The notes: generated from the letters alone by a model not told the origin. A stretch of 64,000 nt of DNA from the human T2T-CHM13v2.0 reference genome, Homo sapiens (GCF_009914755.1 NC_060943.1); one strand, 5' to 3'; positions 1 through 14,955 are shown, numbered from the stretch's first letter. Translations and numbers: made by a program.

Positions 1-170
1 CCCCCAGTTCCCTAGTGGTCCCCAGCAGTAACCTGCTCCTTAGTGTCCTTCCTTTCTTCTTCCACTTCCCCATCCCCTACCTGTGCCATCTGGGATCACG
101 TCCCAAGAAAACCACCTGCCCCCTAATCCTTGTTTCAGCATCTGCTCCTGAGAGAGTCCAGCCTAAGACA
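1..170 (+). mobile_element. 3' end of ERVL-class solo LTR (LTR16-like)
   Basis: Terminal motif ctgggatcacgtcccaagaaaaccacctgcc...atccttgtttcagcatctgctcctg...cctaagaca resembles the LTR16 3' terminus ending in ...taagaCA. Confidence 0.6.
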
Positions 171-685
171 CATTCTCTCTAGAGGCAAACACCAATGTGC
201 TTATAACTGATGGCTGCTCTCTTTTAATGGACTTAACAGCAGCCTCACTGCAGAGGGAGTCTGGCCGTCCCCTGGTTTTCCAGCTTCAGCATGACTAGGG
301 AAGGGTCTGGTGGTGAAGAAATGCCCGTGCGCCATGCCTGGCCAGGGAGAGGGTCACAATTTTTCTCGTTTGGAAAAAGGCTGACTGCGCTGCTCACAGC
401 CAGTTTTCAGCTTAGCGTCAGCTTCGTGGATTGTTTTGGGTCTGTGGATGTTGCCTTTCCAACTGCATAATGAGCTGCTTGAAGCCAGGGATCACATCTT
501 CCCTTCTGTTTGTTTCTCCCACTGTACAAAACAGAGGGGCGGATACACTGAAGATGCTCGGAAGAGATGTGTTGCTTAATTAAAGAACCGAAGGAGGAAC
601 AGGCATAACCATTTCATTTTCTAGGCCGGGGGTGGGGGGCTCTGCTCGCGGAGTATGATGATGGTCCGTGGAGTTTTGAGTGGGC

Positions 686-1115
686 TGTTGCAGGCACCCT
701 CAGAGACGTTCCCTTTTCCCTTTAGCACTCACTGTGTGCAAACCAAAGGCTTCTTACAGCAAATACCAGTGGCTCCACACTCAATCTTGCACACAGGGCA
801 GACAACAAGAGCCAGGGAGTAAATGTACCTTGGAACAGCTCTCCACCAGCCACCACTGGGATATGGCGGGTGAGCACTCCAGCTTCTTTGCCCCGCGGCT
901 AGAACAATTCTGAAACGTGTTTCACAGCATGCACCAAATCCAACAGGATTAAACTCCATTTTCCCGCAAGGCAAGCTGCTCTAACACACCCTGCATTGGT
1001 TTTCTTTCCTCTCCATCTCCCAGCTCCCTGCTCCTCACTCAGTGCTCCCTGGAGTCGCTCCTGGCCCCCACATCTTCATCACAAGGTCTGCTTCTGGTTT
1101 AATCTGAGATAAAGG
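686..1115 (+). mobile_element. Old ERVL-class LTR (LTR16-like)
   Basis: Starts TGttgcagg; 3' part ctccctgctcctcactcagtgctccctggag...aaggtctgcttctgg resembles LTR16 family end. Highly diverged. Confidence 0.45.
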
Positions 1116-1915
1116 GAAACTGGTTTCTGCAGGTGCGGAAAGTTCCTTCAGAGCCCAGGAAATGATTAAGGGAGACTTAGTGTCAGTATCCATTTACTTT
1201 AGGTTAAATTCATTTCCTATGTGGACCAATTTCTGATAGAAGCCTCTCCTTTTTTGTTGTTGATTTTGTTTGTTTTTCATCCTCCAGTACGTGCATGCTT
1301 CCCTTCATGCAGAACATTCTTTTACAAGACAGACAGTATTTCCCCAGGCTGGTGTAAATTATTATCGAACAATGAAGCTCCTTCTCTAGTCATCATTCCG
1401 GTGCCACCTGGCCAGGCTCAGATAAATGGCCTATTCTGGAGGTGCAGGAAACCGGATGAATCATGACGTTATCCCAGGAACATGGCAGCCCGGCAGCCGG
1501 GGGATGGAGTATCTGTTAAGTGTGGCCCCATGGAAGCTCCTGCAGGACAGAGCTTCACCATTATTAAAATCCATCCTATTGCCAAGTCCGGGAAACACTG
1601 TAGGCACAGGACCAGTGGCCCAGGTCTGGGTTTAGAAGATAACATTTTCCTCATGGCCTTTTTCCAAATACCTAAGTTTCATGATGAACAAGCCATCCAG
1701 AATCCAGTTAGTAGGGAAACAAGTGGCTTACGTTTCCTAATTTTACATTTAGTCTGTTGGTATTAAAACTCATGTGCTGAACTGGGCATTGCTGCTATTA
1801 ACCTCTTTCTCAAGTTGATATTAGATCAGTTTTCAAATGGAGACTCTATTTGGAGATGGTCTTGGATATGTTTAGGTTATTTTACAGCCACAAAGCCTCA
1901 AATGGCTTCACTTAA

Positions 1916-2080
1916 CAGGAGTTCTTAAACTTTGGAGATAACTTTGAGATTTGATAAAAGGCTGGTCCGCTTCCCCCAGACCAATATCATTAGGTCCACA
2001 GTCAACATTTTGCATACAGATATAGTGGGTAGACCCTCAGAGCCCATCCATTGAGTCACTAGGGACTTCTGGATCTCCAG
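1916..2080 (+). mobile_element. hAT-Charlie MITE remnant (MER5C1/MER112-like)
   Basis: caggagttcttaaac terminus followed by ctttgagatttgataaaaggct...cattttgcataca, typical of this group. Confidence 0.45.
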
Positions 2081-2800
2081 CAAAGACAGCTGTTGGTTGT
2101 GACTGGTTAGTGACTGTGGTAATCTTGGGGGTGAAGCTCCAGCCTGAGTCATCCTTCTGATGACCGGGACGAATAGTATGTCTGATGATAAACATTGCAT
2201 GTATGAGGACGCTGTGTGAAGAATGCCATACGCCGGTCTATAGGAAAATCCATCATGAAGTGTTTGGGGATAGAATACTAGACTTGAACAGTGCATCTAA
2301 TGCATCTTCGTTCTGACCACATGGACTACTTAAAAACGTTAAATTCAAGAAGTGGAATTTTGAATTTAATAACTGTGGGTATTAATGTTTCGTAAGTTAG
2401 AAGGATGTTGGTACCACCAATTGCATTTAATTGTCTTCTGTGTTTGCTGTTATAATTTATGTTTATTTTTCTTCAAAACTGATAATGTAATACAATAGTA
2501 AGTTGTATATACCTTGAATATAGCATTGGACAGTATAGATTGTTATATAAAAATAACATTAAATTTATCTATAAATCTATAACCCCCTATTCAGAGGCTA
2601 ACACTTCAAATAGTTTGATATTTTTCTTCTCATTTCCTCTGCATATATGTATACAGTTTTTATTACTTAGCTTAATATATTATTTGTTTTTACCTATCAT
2701 CAGATGTTATTTTTAAAGTCATCTTTGAAGATTTAGTAAATTCTCTGACTGGAACCATTCTTCTATTGTTGGGGCTTTTGAAGTTCACAATTTCTCACTC

Positions 2801-3139
<339 letters not shown>

Positions 3140-3289
3140 TGACATGATCCTAAGCTTCCTGAGGTCACCTCCCAAGAAAATCACCTGCCCTCAAATCCTG
3201 GGCAATCCAGTGGCTTATCAGAGAATGTATTTTTTTTCCCCAAACAAGCATGGTCTTTCCTTGGAAAGACTGATGGTGAGTAATTTTCT

Positions 3290-3480
3290 CTTGCTCTTTA
3301 CAAATGCTCTGTCTCATTTAACCTTCACAACAACCCAGGGAGGCAGGTACCACTTTCCCCATGTGGCAGGTGAGGAAGCTGAGCTCAGAGGGGTCACTGC
3401 CTTTCCCACAGCCACGTGTGGAGTGAGCGGGATTTGCTCTCAGCTCTGCCTTGGCTGAGTCCTGTCTTCTCGCCAGCGCT
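3290..3480 (-). mobile_element. MIR fragment
   Basis: tctcatttaaccttcacaacaaccc...aggtaccactttccccat...gaggaagctgagctcagagggg matches MIR core. Confidence 0.65.
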
Positions 3481-3908
3481 TCTCGACTGCCCTGGTCTGG
3501 GTGCCCCACCACTACCCTCTGTGAGTCCGTGGGTAGTTGATTCCTTTCCTCAAGGATCTACTTTCTCACCGCCCCTTCCATGTGGAAGTTTTAGAAACCT
3601 TGGGCTACTTTAAACAAAGAGCAGCTGGCTGACTGCTCCCTGCCCAGAGGGCAAATCCCGTTTTCTGAGTTGAGATAGACAATTATGTAAAATGAATTCT
3701 GGGTGCACCCAGTTGTCTAATTAATGACACATTATCTATGTAGGAGAAAATGTATTTTTTGGGGCTCAGCTCAGACTCTACATCTCTCCTCCTGGGCCTC
3801 CTTGATGAAATTAATTGGGGCAGGCAGGGGGAAATTGACATTTTAGAAGCCAGTTTTCATTCCTGGACTGAAAGAAACTGTTCCAGTGCTTGTTTACCTG
3901 GGCTGCAA

Positions 3909-3952
3909 CACACACACACATGCACACACACATACACACACATGCACACACA
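3909..3952. repeat. Imperfect (CA)n microsatellite
   Basis: cacacacacacatgcacacacatacacacacatgcacacaca seen directly. Confidence 0.9.
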
Positions 3953-4222
3953 GATGACATGAGCCCCTGAGGTTGCTGTAATCTAGGAGGCCACAGTCCA
4001 GAGCAATTGCATTGAAAGCAGCCACCCATCTCAACATTGCAGCCGACGAGAGTGAAATCAGGGAACACATTCCAGGTCCAGGCAATGAAGGAGAAAATGT
4101 GCCAGCTCTTGCCATAGCCGTTACTTACAAAGGTTTTCCACCTGTAATGTATTTCCCAATGCTGTGTTTCTCTGATGCTGGCTCTGCCTACACCCACAAA
4201 GCAAGATAAGAGGGAAAGTGGT

Positions 4223-4510
4223 GGCTGGACACAGTGGCTCACGCCTGTAATCTCGAAACTTTGAGAGGCTGAGGAAGGAGGATGCCTTGAGGCCCGGAGT
4301 TCGACAATATAGCAAGACCCCATCTCTACAAGATATTTAAAAATTATCTGGACATAGTGGTGTGCATCTGTAGTCTCAGTTACTTGAAAGGCTGAGGTGG
4401 GAAGATCCCTTGAGCTGGGGAGGTTGAGGCTGCAGTGAGCCAAGATTACACCATTGCACTGCAGCCTGACTGACAGAGTGAGACCTTGTCTATATTTAAT
4501 AAAGAAAAAA
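4223..4510 (+). mobile_element. AluJ
   Basis: ggctggacacagtggctcacgcctgtaatc... dimer with J diagnostics (gaggcccggagttc, gaggttgaggctgcagtgagc) and A-rich tail. Confidence 0.93.
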
Positions 4511-4659
4511 GGAAAGCAGAGCCTTGGACATGGCTTGGCCTAGTACACACCTGTCTCCTTGGTGCATTCATCCTATGGAGCCCAGGGGGTCTTGAGCTGT
4601 GAACTCGTGAGGGTTGGACAGAGACCCCAAGCCTCTGCTGCTTTATTGTGAATACAATT

Positions 4660-4800
4660 TGCATTACTAGATTATGCTCCAGGCATTGTTACAACTACTT
4701 GCAGATATTAACTCATTTAATCCTCATTGATGTCCACATCCTGGTTTATCAATGAGGAGACAGCCATGGGGAGGTTAAGTATAGTGTGCTCAGGTCACAT
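4660..4800 (-). mobile_element. MIR fragment
   Basis: attaactcatttaatcctca...atgaggagacag...gaggttaagt...caggtcaca. Confidence 0.6.
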
Positions 4801-5178
4801 TGTCTGGGCATGGTGGGGTCGTCAGTGAGTGTCTTGCTCTGACTTGGAAGGGAAGTAAGGAGTTTCCCGAGGTTCCTCTTGCTCAACTGCACCCTCCCTC
4901 ACCGCTCACCTCTCCAGGGTTCCGATTTACCAACAGACACCCTCAGGGCACAGGTTGGGAGTCATTCGGACAAATGAATGCTCAACTGAGAAATGGGTAG
5001 AAACACCAAATACATGCTGAATACCAGCTCTATGCAGATATTGAGCTAGACTCTTCTCTCAACATGGCTCATGTAGCCCTGCTAAAAACACAGCGGGAAG
5101 GGGAAAGAACGAAAGTAATGCATATAGACCATGCCATGCATTCCATCTTATATAAGCGAACTAACTTCTTAGCCTATG

Positions 5179-5379
5179 CTGGGGTTGGTGAACCATGACC
5201 TACAGGCCAAGTCTGGCCTGTCACCTGTCATGTGAGTAAAGTTTCATTGGAATCCAGCCACAGCTGCTCAGTTATGGTTGTCTATGGCTGCTTTCACACT
5301 GCAGTATGGGATAGAGACCTCATAGACAGCAAAACCTAAAACATTTACTGTTTGGTTCTTTACAATAAAATGACCCCTG
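5179..5379 (+). mobile_element. MER58A-like hAT-Charlie MITE
   Basis: Termini ctggggttggtgaac ... gacccctg; internal taaagtttcattggaatccagcca...gtctatggctgcttt and aaacctaaaacatttact. Confidence 0.8.
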
Positions 5380-6239
5380 ATTTATGCAGTCCTTATAACA
5401 ACTTTGCAAGGTGGGTATAATTTTGGAGATGGGAAAACTGAAGTTAGGGAATTCGAAGGGTTAGTTTGAGACCACCCAGACCATGGCAAAACCGTGACTT
5501 ACACCTGCAAGTGGTTGCTTCTCTTGCTGAATGATAGGGTGACACAGCAGCCCAGTGTCCCTCAGGGAGTCGGGGGGATGGCCCCGCTGTGTTCCAGGGA
5601 GAGGGAGGGACTCTGGAGCTGCTGCACTCTGCTCTGCCTGTTCCCTCGGCTCGGCTGGCTCAGCCACTGTGTCTTGTCTTGCTCTCTCCAAGAGCACAGT
5701 TGACCTTCCCTACAGCTGGCTTGCTAAAACCATCTGACATGGGAACAACAATACATTCTATCACATTCAGCACAAGAAATGAGAGGCCACACAATTACTT
5801 CAAGAATGACCAAGAAGAAAGAAGTGATTAAATTTTTGGCCCCCACTTTTTTTCCTCCCCGAGATGATGGCGTTGATTTTGAGTTATCTCCCTAAATGGC
5901 TCGTTTGTGGGAACTTCCCCAGGCTAATCTGAAGAAGGGCGATGATTGCAGGCAGAAGCGAGTCCTTGCCCTGCAGCAAGATCTCACACCTCACATCCTG
6001 ATGTGGGCCGCAGGGAGTCCCAGCATCTCTGAGACCGTAGGCACGAAGCTCAACTCCTCCATCACCTGCTCCTCCTGCCAGACACAGGAAAATCCCCCAA
6101 ATGGGCTTCTTTCTCCGTTATCTCTGGTTCAGCTTTAATCAGCTGAACACTCTAATCAGTTATGACATGATTTGTTACTAAAAAGAGCACCACAGTATAG
6201 AAGTGTAGACATTTACAAATTGTTTACTTTCCTTTCTTT

Positions 6240-6560
6240 TTTCTTTTGAACTTTTGCTGAAGTACAACATGGATACAGAAAAATCCACACATTGCAAGCC
6301 TATGGCTTGAGGGATTTTCACAGACTTTTGGCACACATAAGTACACATTTTTGGCACACATAAGTACACATTTCTGTCAGGCATATGTCTAAGAATATAA
6401 TGGCTGGGTCATAGTATAGGCATAAGTTTGGCTTTAGGAGATATTGATGAATGGTGTTTTTTAAAGTGGTTGCACCAATATACACTCCCACCAGCAGAGC
6501 ATGGGAGTGCAGTGTGTTCCACATTCTCACCAACACTTGGCAATTTCAGTCCTCTAAAAT
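6240..6560 (-). mobile_element. Old L1 (L1M) 3' fragment containing a 23-bp tandem duplication
   Basis: gctgggtcatag...aaagtggttgcaccaatatacactcccaccagcag...ccacattctcaccaacacttgg is antisense L1 3' sequence; ttttggcacacataagtacacat x2 at 6326-6371. Confidence 0.75.
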
Positions 6561-7299
6561 TATTATTTTAGAAAGATTCAAGGTCTTTCTCATAATAATA
6601 CCTTTCATACTACTTTTATCTATCTAATTTTTCAAAGAAAAGAAAGTTGGATTTAGAGAAAGTTCTCCAGGGTATGCACTGTTTTGGGATGAGCTATCCC
6701 ACACCCAGGTGTGGCCCCAGTGCAGATCTATTTGCTCCTATTGACAAAGTAACAAGTCACAGCAGTATTCTCCCTCCAACCTTTGAATGTCAGCAAAACA
6801 CACCTGCCTGCAAGTGTCCCCTGTTGTGAATGCCAGGCCCCCCAGTCCCCGGCCCCAAGCTCCTCATCAGCCTCCTGCCTTGCATCTTCCTTCCAGACAC
6901 CCTGGCCTAGGACAGACACAAGCCAGCCAGCTCTCTCCCTGCCTCCCCTGCCCCAGCGTTTCACACTTGTGCCCCTTCACAACTGGTGTCATGATTACCT
7001 TCCAGCTGTGTGCTTATTTATCTACATTGTCTAAATAAAGTCTGCGTTATCATGGGTGTGATATGTTGGATTCCTATTTTTCTAAGATACAGGAAAATAA
7101 GCGCATAGCCTCTGACATGTGTCTGTGTCGTATCAGATGTCATCTCTGGGCTGCCCACTTTGGCTGACATGGCTCTGGCCCAGCTGGTGCTGCTCCTTGG
7201 CCACGGAGCTGTCTCCACTTCCTCCACAGGTCGGGGCCTTCTAAGACAGCCGTTCTGGGCCCTCAGTGGCTCACAAGCCCACCCTAAGAGCATCTCGCC

Positions 7300-7751
7300 C
7301 CCTCCTGCTGTGCATATCTCTGGTTCCTGCCCTGGAGTTTCCCCGTTGCTGTGGAAGTGTGAGATACTGAGAAGTCCACCCACAGTGCCCACACCAGCCC
7401 CCAGGGATGGAGTGTTGGGGCGTTACACCCCATAGAGTGAAATTTGGATGAGTGGGAAACAGGGGCCTATGGCTGAATCCTTCCCCTTCCTATCCCACTC
7501 CCCAGCCTCTATGCTGTGTTGGGACCCAGCAGTTCCCCTGGCCTCCCTAAAGACTTGCTAAGATACTGAGCAGTCCACTTGTGACAAAGCCTCACCCTAC
7601 TCATGATATTCTCACCAAACACGAGCAAGGCAGACACAGCTCCCCTCTGCCTGCCTCACTTTGCTTTCCTGGGACTGCACTCGACAGCAAAGTGTCAGTA
7701 AAGTCAGCTTCTGCCTCAAGTTCTGCTTTCTAGGGAACCCAGACCGCAACA
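7300..7751 (+). mobile_element. Old ERVL-class LTR 3' part
   Basis: Terminus ttgctttcctgggactgcac...ctgcctcaagttctgctttctagggaacccagaccgcaaca resembles ERVL LTR ends; subfamily and start uncertain. Confidence 0.45.
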
Positions 7752-8295
7752 AATGCGCAGCCTAAAATCATCTCCCAGCCCACCAGGGTACACACCACCC
7801 TTCGCCAGGTACACCCATGGCCTTTCCCATTGCTTCATGGTATTATCCCATCAAGGCTGCTACCCTGGGGGCCACCGTTCCCGGACCTGCAGCTCCTCTC
7901 TTCCACCATTTCTGAGGTGGCTCCCAAGCCTCCTTCCCTCTAGCCTGGAAGGGACCCACCTCAGGGTCCCTGTGGTCCCAACTCTGCACTTCCCTAGGGG
8001 CCTCAACCCTTTCTTTCTTGTATGTAGATAGTCACAGTCCATGCCATCCTCCTCTGATAGATGTGGTCCTCTCTATGGCAGGGACTCTTTGAGCCTCATT
8101 GCTTTCTGCTCCACAGACATTGGTAGAGGAAGAAATGAGTTACCAAGAGGAGAAAAGTGTTCATGTGTGTATAACAAGGGGCCATGTGATTTAAAACTGC
8201 ACCAACCTATCCAGGAAGATGGGTTCTCTCAACTGGATTAGAATGTGATGGATGTTGATCTGCCCAGGTGAGCCTAAGCCAATCTTGAGAGCAGC

Positions 8296-8705
8296 TGTCT
8301 CAGGCCAGGCTGCCCTGGGAGCAGACCACAAACAAGGGAGGAGTGTAGTTGGTTTACCTGGAAGGCGATTCCCGGAAGTACCATTAGGGTTCTGGGAAGC
8401 AGGAAAAGCGGGGATGAGGAGCTAATTGGAATTGAGTTGTCGGCATGTTTGGGTTAGGGCATGGGTCTCTGGCCTGAATCCCACTGGAGAATGTTGAGAG
8501 TCAGTGTGGAACACAGCACAAGGTGGTCACAGCCAAGGAGTGAGGATTCTCGGGGTATCCACCTGTCGGCTTTCCTCCAGCATTGGTGAGGGCTGCTTCT
8601 GAAGTGTGCAAGAATGGCCAGAAACAAAAACCCCTGGGAGGTGGAGTTGCAGATGTTGACTGTCGGCGACTCTGACTTCATGGAGGTGCAGTGGGAAACC
8701 AACAA
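8296..8705 (-). mobile_element. ERVL-class LTR (LTR16-like), antisense
   Basis: tgtctcaggccaggctgccctgggagcagacc...ggtttacctggaaggcgattcccggaag is the reverse complement of the LTR16 3' terminus. Confidence 0.55.
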
Positions 8706-10728
8706 TCTCCGCCTCATTAGGGCTCCACCTCCGTCATTGCCATCTCATGGTGCACACAGAGTTCGGCAAAGGAGAACCCCAGCTCTCAGAAGCCTTGCTG
8801 CATACCCAAGCGAACCACTGTAGGCATCCAGGATGCAAACACTTCTCTGCTTGATGCTGAACTAGCTTGCCTTAGGAGCAGCCCAGCGTGAAATCCCCTC
8901 CTTTGCTGAGACAGGCTCACACGTTCTTCCACTACACATGCCTGCTGCCTTTTCTTCAGCTCCATGGAGAACGCTCTGGGCACCAAGGCCTAACTTCTCA
9001 GCCTCAGCTTACCAAAGGCATATGTGGTTTTGCTAATTTCTAAAGAAGAAAAACCACCCTGCTTCCCTTGGAGCCCTAATAGCACCAAGACCCGGCAAGA
9101 TGAAGGCCCCCTGTCTCTCTGCAGAGCTGCCATCCCCTGCTGGGCTGTGCAGTGACAGTGGCAGCTGGGCGAATTTCCTCCTTGCTGTTCTGAAACAGAA
9201 ATTCATTCTGTCTCCAGGCCAAGCCCTCAGCTCACTCACTGAACACCCCGACCCCCTGCAAGAGCTCCAAAGTCAGAATTGCATTTAGCTTAGGGTGTCA
9301 AAGCCCTGCACTGAGCCTTGGAACACTTCAGTTTCCTCCTGTCAGGAAAGAGCACCAGGAAAAGAAGAAGGGCCCCCAGAGATCCGTAACTGGGGCTGAT
9401 CTGAGCTCTCAGGGAAACGGGCTTGAGAGTCTGGGGTTTGTGTAGGATGTTTCAGGAAAGCAGTTCTTGTGTGCACAGCTTCAGGGTTGCCTGGCATTTC
9501 ATGTGACAATCACCGTGTTGGGACTGAAATGATGTCCCTGCCCCTTCTTAACTATAGGCAGCCAGGAGGACAATGTTGACCAGGTTATGCCAGACATTAC
9601 CTGTAGAATAGACTAATGTGTTTTTCTCAGAGTTGTACTGGGCCCTACCCTCAGGCTAAAGAGGTTTCAGAAATGATGAACAGATGGCTTAGGCCGAAGG
9701 TTGGAGACACATGACACAGGTGCAGTTACCACACTGCTCTTCCCCGGGGCAGACATCACCAATCAATCCTGAGCCTGGAAACGGCCTTTCCAGCTCACCC
9801 TTCTGGGCAGCCATGACTGTAAGTCAGGTTACGCACACAAGCTCAGCTGGGTCCCTGGTGTGTTTCTCATTGAAACTGGCACCTGTAGTGAGTGCCACGG
9901 GACCTGGACAGCACCCCTGACCTGCACAGCCTCTTTCTCACATATGTCACACATGTGTATTCATGAGAATTCACTCACTGGTTCATTGGATAAATGCAGT
10001 TTATTAAACATCTACTGTGTGCCAGGGATTATGCTCAGATGATGAGGATTCAAAGGGAGTAAACACAAGACCAGAGCTGCTCCTTGGGAGAAGCCTGCAT
10101 AGCCCAGCCTCATGACTGAAGGTAAAGTGCTCTGTCTACAGGCCCAGGGCACACCAGGCATGTCACAGCCACCCTCTGAGCAAGCAGAAGCCCAGAGAGA
10201 GAGGGCATGAGTGCAGGGAGGAGAAAGGAGAAAGCCAGCAGAGATGGATTGAGCCAAATCATATGTTCTTTATGACATCTTGTTTCCCAGACACTTCCCA
10301 GGCAAGCTCCAAGATCTTCAAGGAGGAAAGGGACAAACTGGCCCTTGTTGGGAGGAGTGAGCAGGCTGGCCACCCCTGTCTCCCCAGCCCACCCTCACTC
10401 TTGGGGGGAGCAGCACAGGTCTATTCATACATGGGGTGATGTGATCTCTGGATCAAGGGTCAACACCTGCACAAGGGCAGCCATCCAGAGGCCAGCAGCC
10501 TAGGAAGGGCCCCACCAGGGGCTCTGACCAACTTGGGGAGGAGTTGACCCATCCATAGCTCTGGAGCCTGCACCTGAGCTTACAAAAAGGACTGGCCAGC
10601 TGGAGTATGAGAGGCATATACCAGCCATGAGAGAGGGAGAGTGAGCAGCTGCACCCAAAACAAGTCCCCTCCAGAAGGTCTTCTGGCGTGCCTCCAGTGG
10701 GCCTGTGTCCTCCTAATTACCTTCTTGC

Positions 10729-11046
<318 letters not shown>

Positions 11047-11699
11047 ACTTTCTTCTTAAAGAGTCTCACTCACTGTTACCATAGGAATCTCCCAGTAACT
11101 GGGATGATGAGCCCAGGAACCAATTAATAGGGGTCATTGCTCAAGGATCCAGGACTTTTACTCAGGACAGGAGGGTGGCAACCTGGCACTTGGCAAAGGA
11201 AAGAAATGAGATGAATGGAGAGAAAAGGAGGGGCCAGTGCATAAACTGCACACTGGGCTGGGCTCTCTACACCCATCCCCTCACAGTATTCTGAAAATAG
11301 GCTTGCGAAGTGGGTGTATATAAGTGCTATTCCTTTACTTCAAGAAATGAGGCTTAGTGAGCCACATCATTTATTCATGCTCCGTGGCTGATCTGGGATG
11401 CAAATTCAGTGGATGGCTTCAGATCAGAAGGAATCCAGCTGCTGTGGTTCAATGCTCTCCCTGATCTGCACAGCTCATTCTGCCTTCTGTGGCTCCCACA
11501 GCCCCTGAAACCAAGCCTCGTGTCTAGAAGATGCCCCGTAAATGTCCAAGGAAAGGAAGAAGGAAGAAGAGGCAAGCACTTTGGGTAGGGAAAAGCCAGA
11601 GGGAAGGAAGAGCAGACAGCCCAGTACCTGGAGTCTCTTATCATGGCAAGAGTGGGTTCCCAGGGAGCTTTACCTTGCCCTGTGGAGAGGCCCGCCATC

Positions 11700-12460
11700 G
11701 GGGCTCCCCCCACATTCCCTGGCCCCTGTCACCCTCTGGAACACACCCACTCGGTGCATGCCCACTCCCCTCAGCCTCCTTGGGTCTCTGTGCCAGCTGC
11801 CCTGACTGACCTTGTTTGCCTGCACTGAGGGCTAAAAATGCCTCAGGAGTTACATCACCCCAGGATCAGCCACCACTAACAATGGGTGGGTAGGTGTAAA
11901 TGTCCCCTTGCTTCTTTTTAATTGTTTTTTCTTTTTTCATTGTTGTTTGTTTTTGTTTGCTTGTTCTTGAGACAAGGTCTCACACTGTCACCCAGGCTGG
12001 AGTGCAGTGGCGTTATCACAGCTCACTGCAGTCTTGACCTCCTGGGCTGAAGTAATCCCCCCACTTCAGCCTCTCCAACTACAGGTGCATGTCCCAAAGC
12101 CTGGCTAATTGTTTTTTATTTTTTTTGTAGAGACAGGGTCTTGCCATGTTGCTCAGGCTGGTCTCAAACTCCTGTCCTCAAGTGATCCTCCCACCTCAGC
12201 CTCCTCAAGTGCTGGGATTACGAGTGTGAGCCACGGCGCCCGGCCCCCTTGCCTCTGATCAGGCCAGCTCTCTAAACCTTCCAGAGCTCCCTCTTGGGGC
12301 CAAGCCAGCACCCCCTGGGGCCTGTTCTTGATGCTGCATCCTTGGGTGCCATTTTCCTCTCTGCCCCACTTTCTCACTCTTCTATTAGTCATTTCTGAAT
12401 AATTGTGTTCACACAGATCCATATTTTCAGTTCTTTTTCTAGGAAATCCATCCTAAGATG
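11700..12460 (+). mobile_element. LTR16-like LTR interrupted by an Alu
   Basis: LTR-like sequence continues across the Alu at ccccttgc; ends ctaggaaatccatcctaagat. Confidence 0.5.
11916..12245 (-). mobile_element. AluJ
   Basis: T-rich tail, cacagctcactgcagtcttgacctcctgggct; TSD ccccttgc(t/c)tct on both sides. Confidence 0.93.
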
Positions 12461-14643
12461 AGAATCTCATCAGAAACTTCCCTTCCAGGCCTGAAGCCTT
12501 CCAGTAGCCTCTTTGTGGACATGTCAGAGCTTTGGTAGAGTCTGAGGCTCAAGTTCAAATCCTGAGCAAGGTCTTAAATATTCCTGCTTAGCCGGATTCA
12601 CCCTTTGGGATGTGAGTACTAGTGGTAAGTCTCGAATTTTTTAAGGATTTTGCTCAAAATCTTTTTAGGGAGTTGCCAAAATGCCCCAACCAAAGCACCT
12701 TATTACCTGTCTTGGAAAATTCCAATCAGGGAGATTTGGGATAAAGTAGACATCAAAATAGAGCTTTTATGAGTAGAAGAATTATAACATATTCAGCATT
12801 GTTTTAGCCCATCCAGAATGCCAGACACTGTGAAGTTCTATTTGTGAGCTACCATTTATTCCTGCCACAACCCTGTGAAGAATGAATGATCATATTTCTC
12901 TTCCCTCTCACAAATGAAGAGGAGACTGGAGTCAAAGCCTTAAGAAATCCATCTTAGCACACCTAGAGTCCAGTGAAAGAGAGAGGCTGGCGGCTGGCAT
13001 GGTCTCTCTTCCTGGAGTGGGCAATGGCCATTAGCAAGAACTGGAAGAAGTTAGCAAGTTCTCCCAGGAGTGGCTGGTTCAGATGCCCTGCCTTTCAGGC
13101 CAGGCTGAAGCAAGAGGCAGAAACACTGGTTGATGAGGAGTCAAGGACTGCCATTCACCAACCAGTGCAAAACCCCGTGTGCTCAGAAGCCCCTCCTGGG
13201 ACCTGACCTTCCACCTCGGTAAGGACAGAAACGATTTGGTAAGGTACATCCACCTTGGAGAAGGCTGGATTTGCTTACTCGAAACCAGAGAGCAATTCCA
13301 ATTTGAGTGAAGAGGACCACCTGAGTGGGGTGAGGAATAAGTGCGAGCCAGCACAGAGTGAGCACCAACAGCATGAAGGAGGCTCAGGTAGCTCCATTTC
13401 CTGGCACTGACTGTATGCCGGGCGTCACGCTCTGTCCTTTCTCTCATCTAATCCTCAGGGTGGCCCTACAGGGATGTTCTGCTCTCATCCCTGTTGGAGT
13501 GTCAGGAAGGGTTAGGGAAGATGAGGCCCTTCCCCAAGGTCACGGGCTCCTAAGCGGAGGCTGTGGGATGGGACCTCAGCTGCTCCTGACTGGACTCTCA
13601 GCCACTGTGCTGCACTAGTCATGACAGGTTTCCAGGAGCCCACAGAACCTCAGCTGGGGAAGGGGCTCTCTCGGGGTGGGGCCTGTGATGACCTTGACCC
13701 TGTCTGCAGAGAAGAGGAGAACGGGAGAGGCGTGACTCATCCCCTGCCAGTATGGCCGGACTCACAGGCAGCCTTGCCTCTCTGGCTCTCTTGGGATGGG
13801 CCACTGCCATGGTGTCAGGATTGCCACTTTCCTGTCCTCATCACTGCTGCTGTTAATAACACACGAATAATTCAAGCCACAAACTTTGAGGCACAGGCTC
13901 CTCTCTGGCCCTGGGGGAGCTGCCAAAGATAGCTCAGGCTCGGCAGCCCTGCAGCATGGGGCGAGTGAGAGAAGCGTGTGGGGGAAGCGCTTGTCCCTCC
14001 AGGCTAGGCTCTCTCAGTGCTTCCAGATGCACTCAGGGCCTCCTTTCCTCCACGGCAAGGCCCCTCATGCCGTCAGCCCGTGGGCAGGAGGAACAGCGCT
14101 GGGCGGCATTGACGTTCTGTGTTAAAGCCTAGAAGAGGAGCTCTCTTCCTTTTTCTTCCCATAGGGCATCTGTCTGGGAAGCAATGGTTGGGCCTGGAGG
14201 CATCTCTGGGGACATCCTTCCTCATGAGCTGGGCGTAGAAGACCAGGTGTTCACCAGAGAAGAAAAGCCCTGGCAGCAATCCTGGGTGGTGCTGGGTGGT
14301 CCCTGTGGCTGCTCCTGGCCAGCTCTGAGAGAAATCATTTAGCAGAAATGGTGCTTTTTCCACCCAAAATGTTGTGGGGGGCCCAGGAAGGGCTAAATCT
14401 GCAACTCGACCAAGAGGCCCTCCAAAGAGGTGTGGGTTTTTTGTGCACCCAGTGAGCAGCCTGTTGCTGGGTGACAAGCCAGCTGGGCTCCCAGGACTAC
14501 TCCAAGTTGTATCCCTCAAAGTTCCACATTTCAGGAGACTTCTCTGACTCAGACAAAGCAGGATGGGGAGCCCAGAGCCAGTGGGGGCTCATGAATGAGA
14601 TGTCCAGAAAAAAGCTGTTCTTCAAGAAAGATTTTAACTTTAA

Positions 14644-14955
<312 letters not shown>

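Noticed and set aside
2181-2318. C/D snoRNA-like TGATGA...CTGA
   Set aside because: No terminal stem and no similarity to a snoRNA I recognise; these short boxes occur by chance.
3811-4443. 210-aa minus-strand ORF
   Set aside because: The N-terminal part is antisense Alu translation and the rest crosses a (CA)n repeat; no domain is recognisable. The same applies to the many other Alu-derived ORFs.
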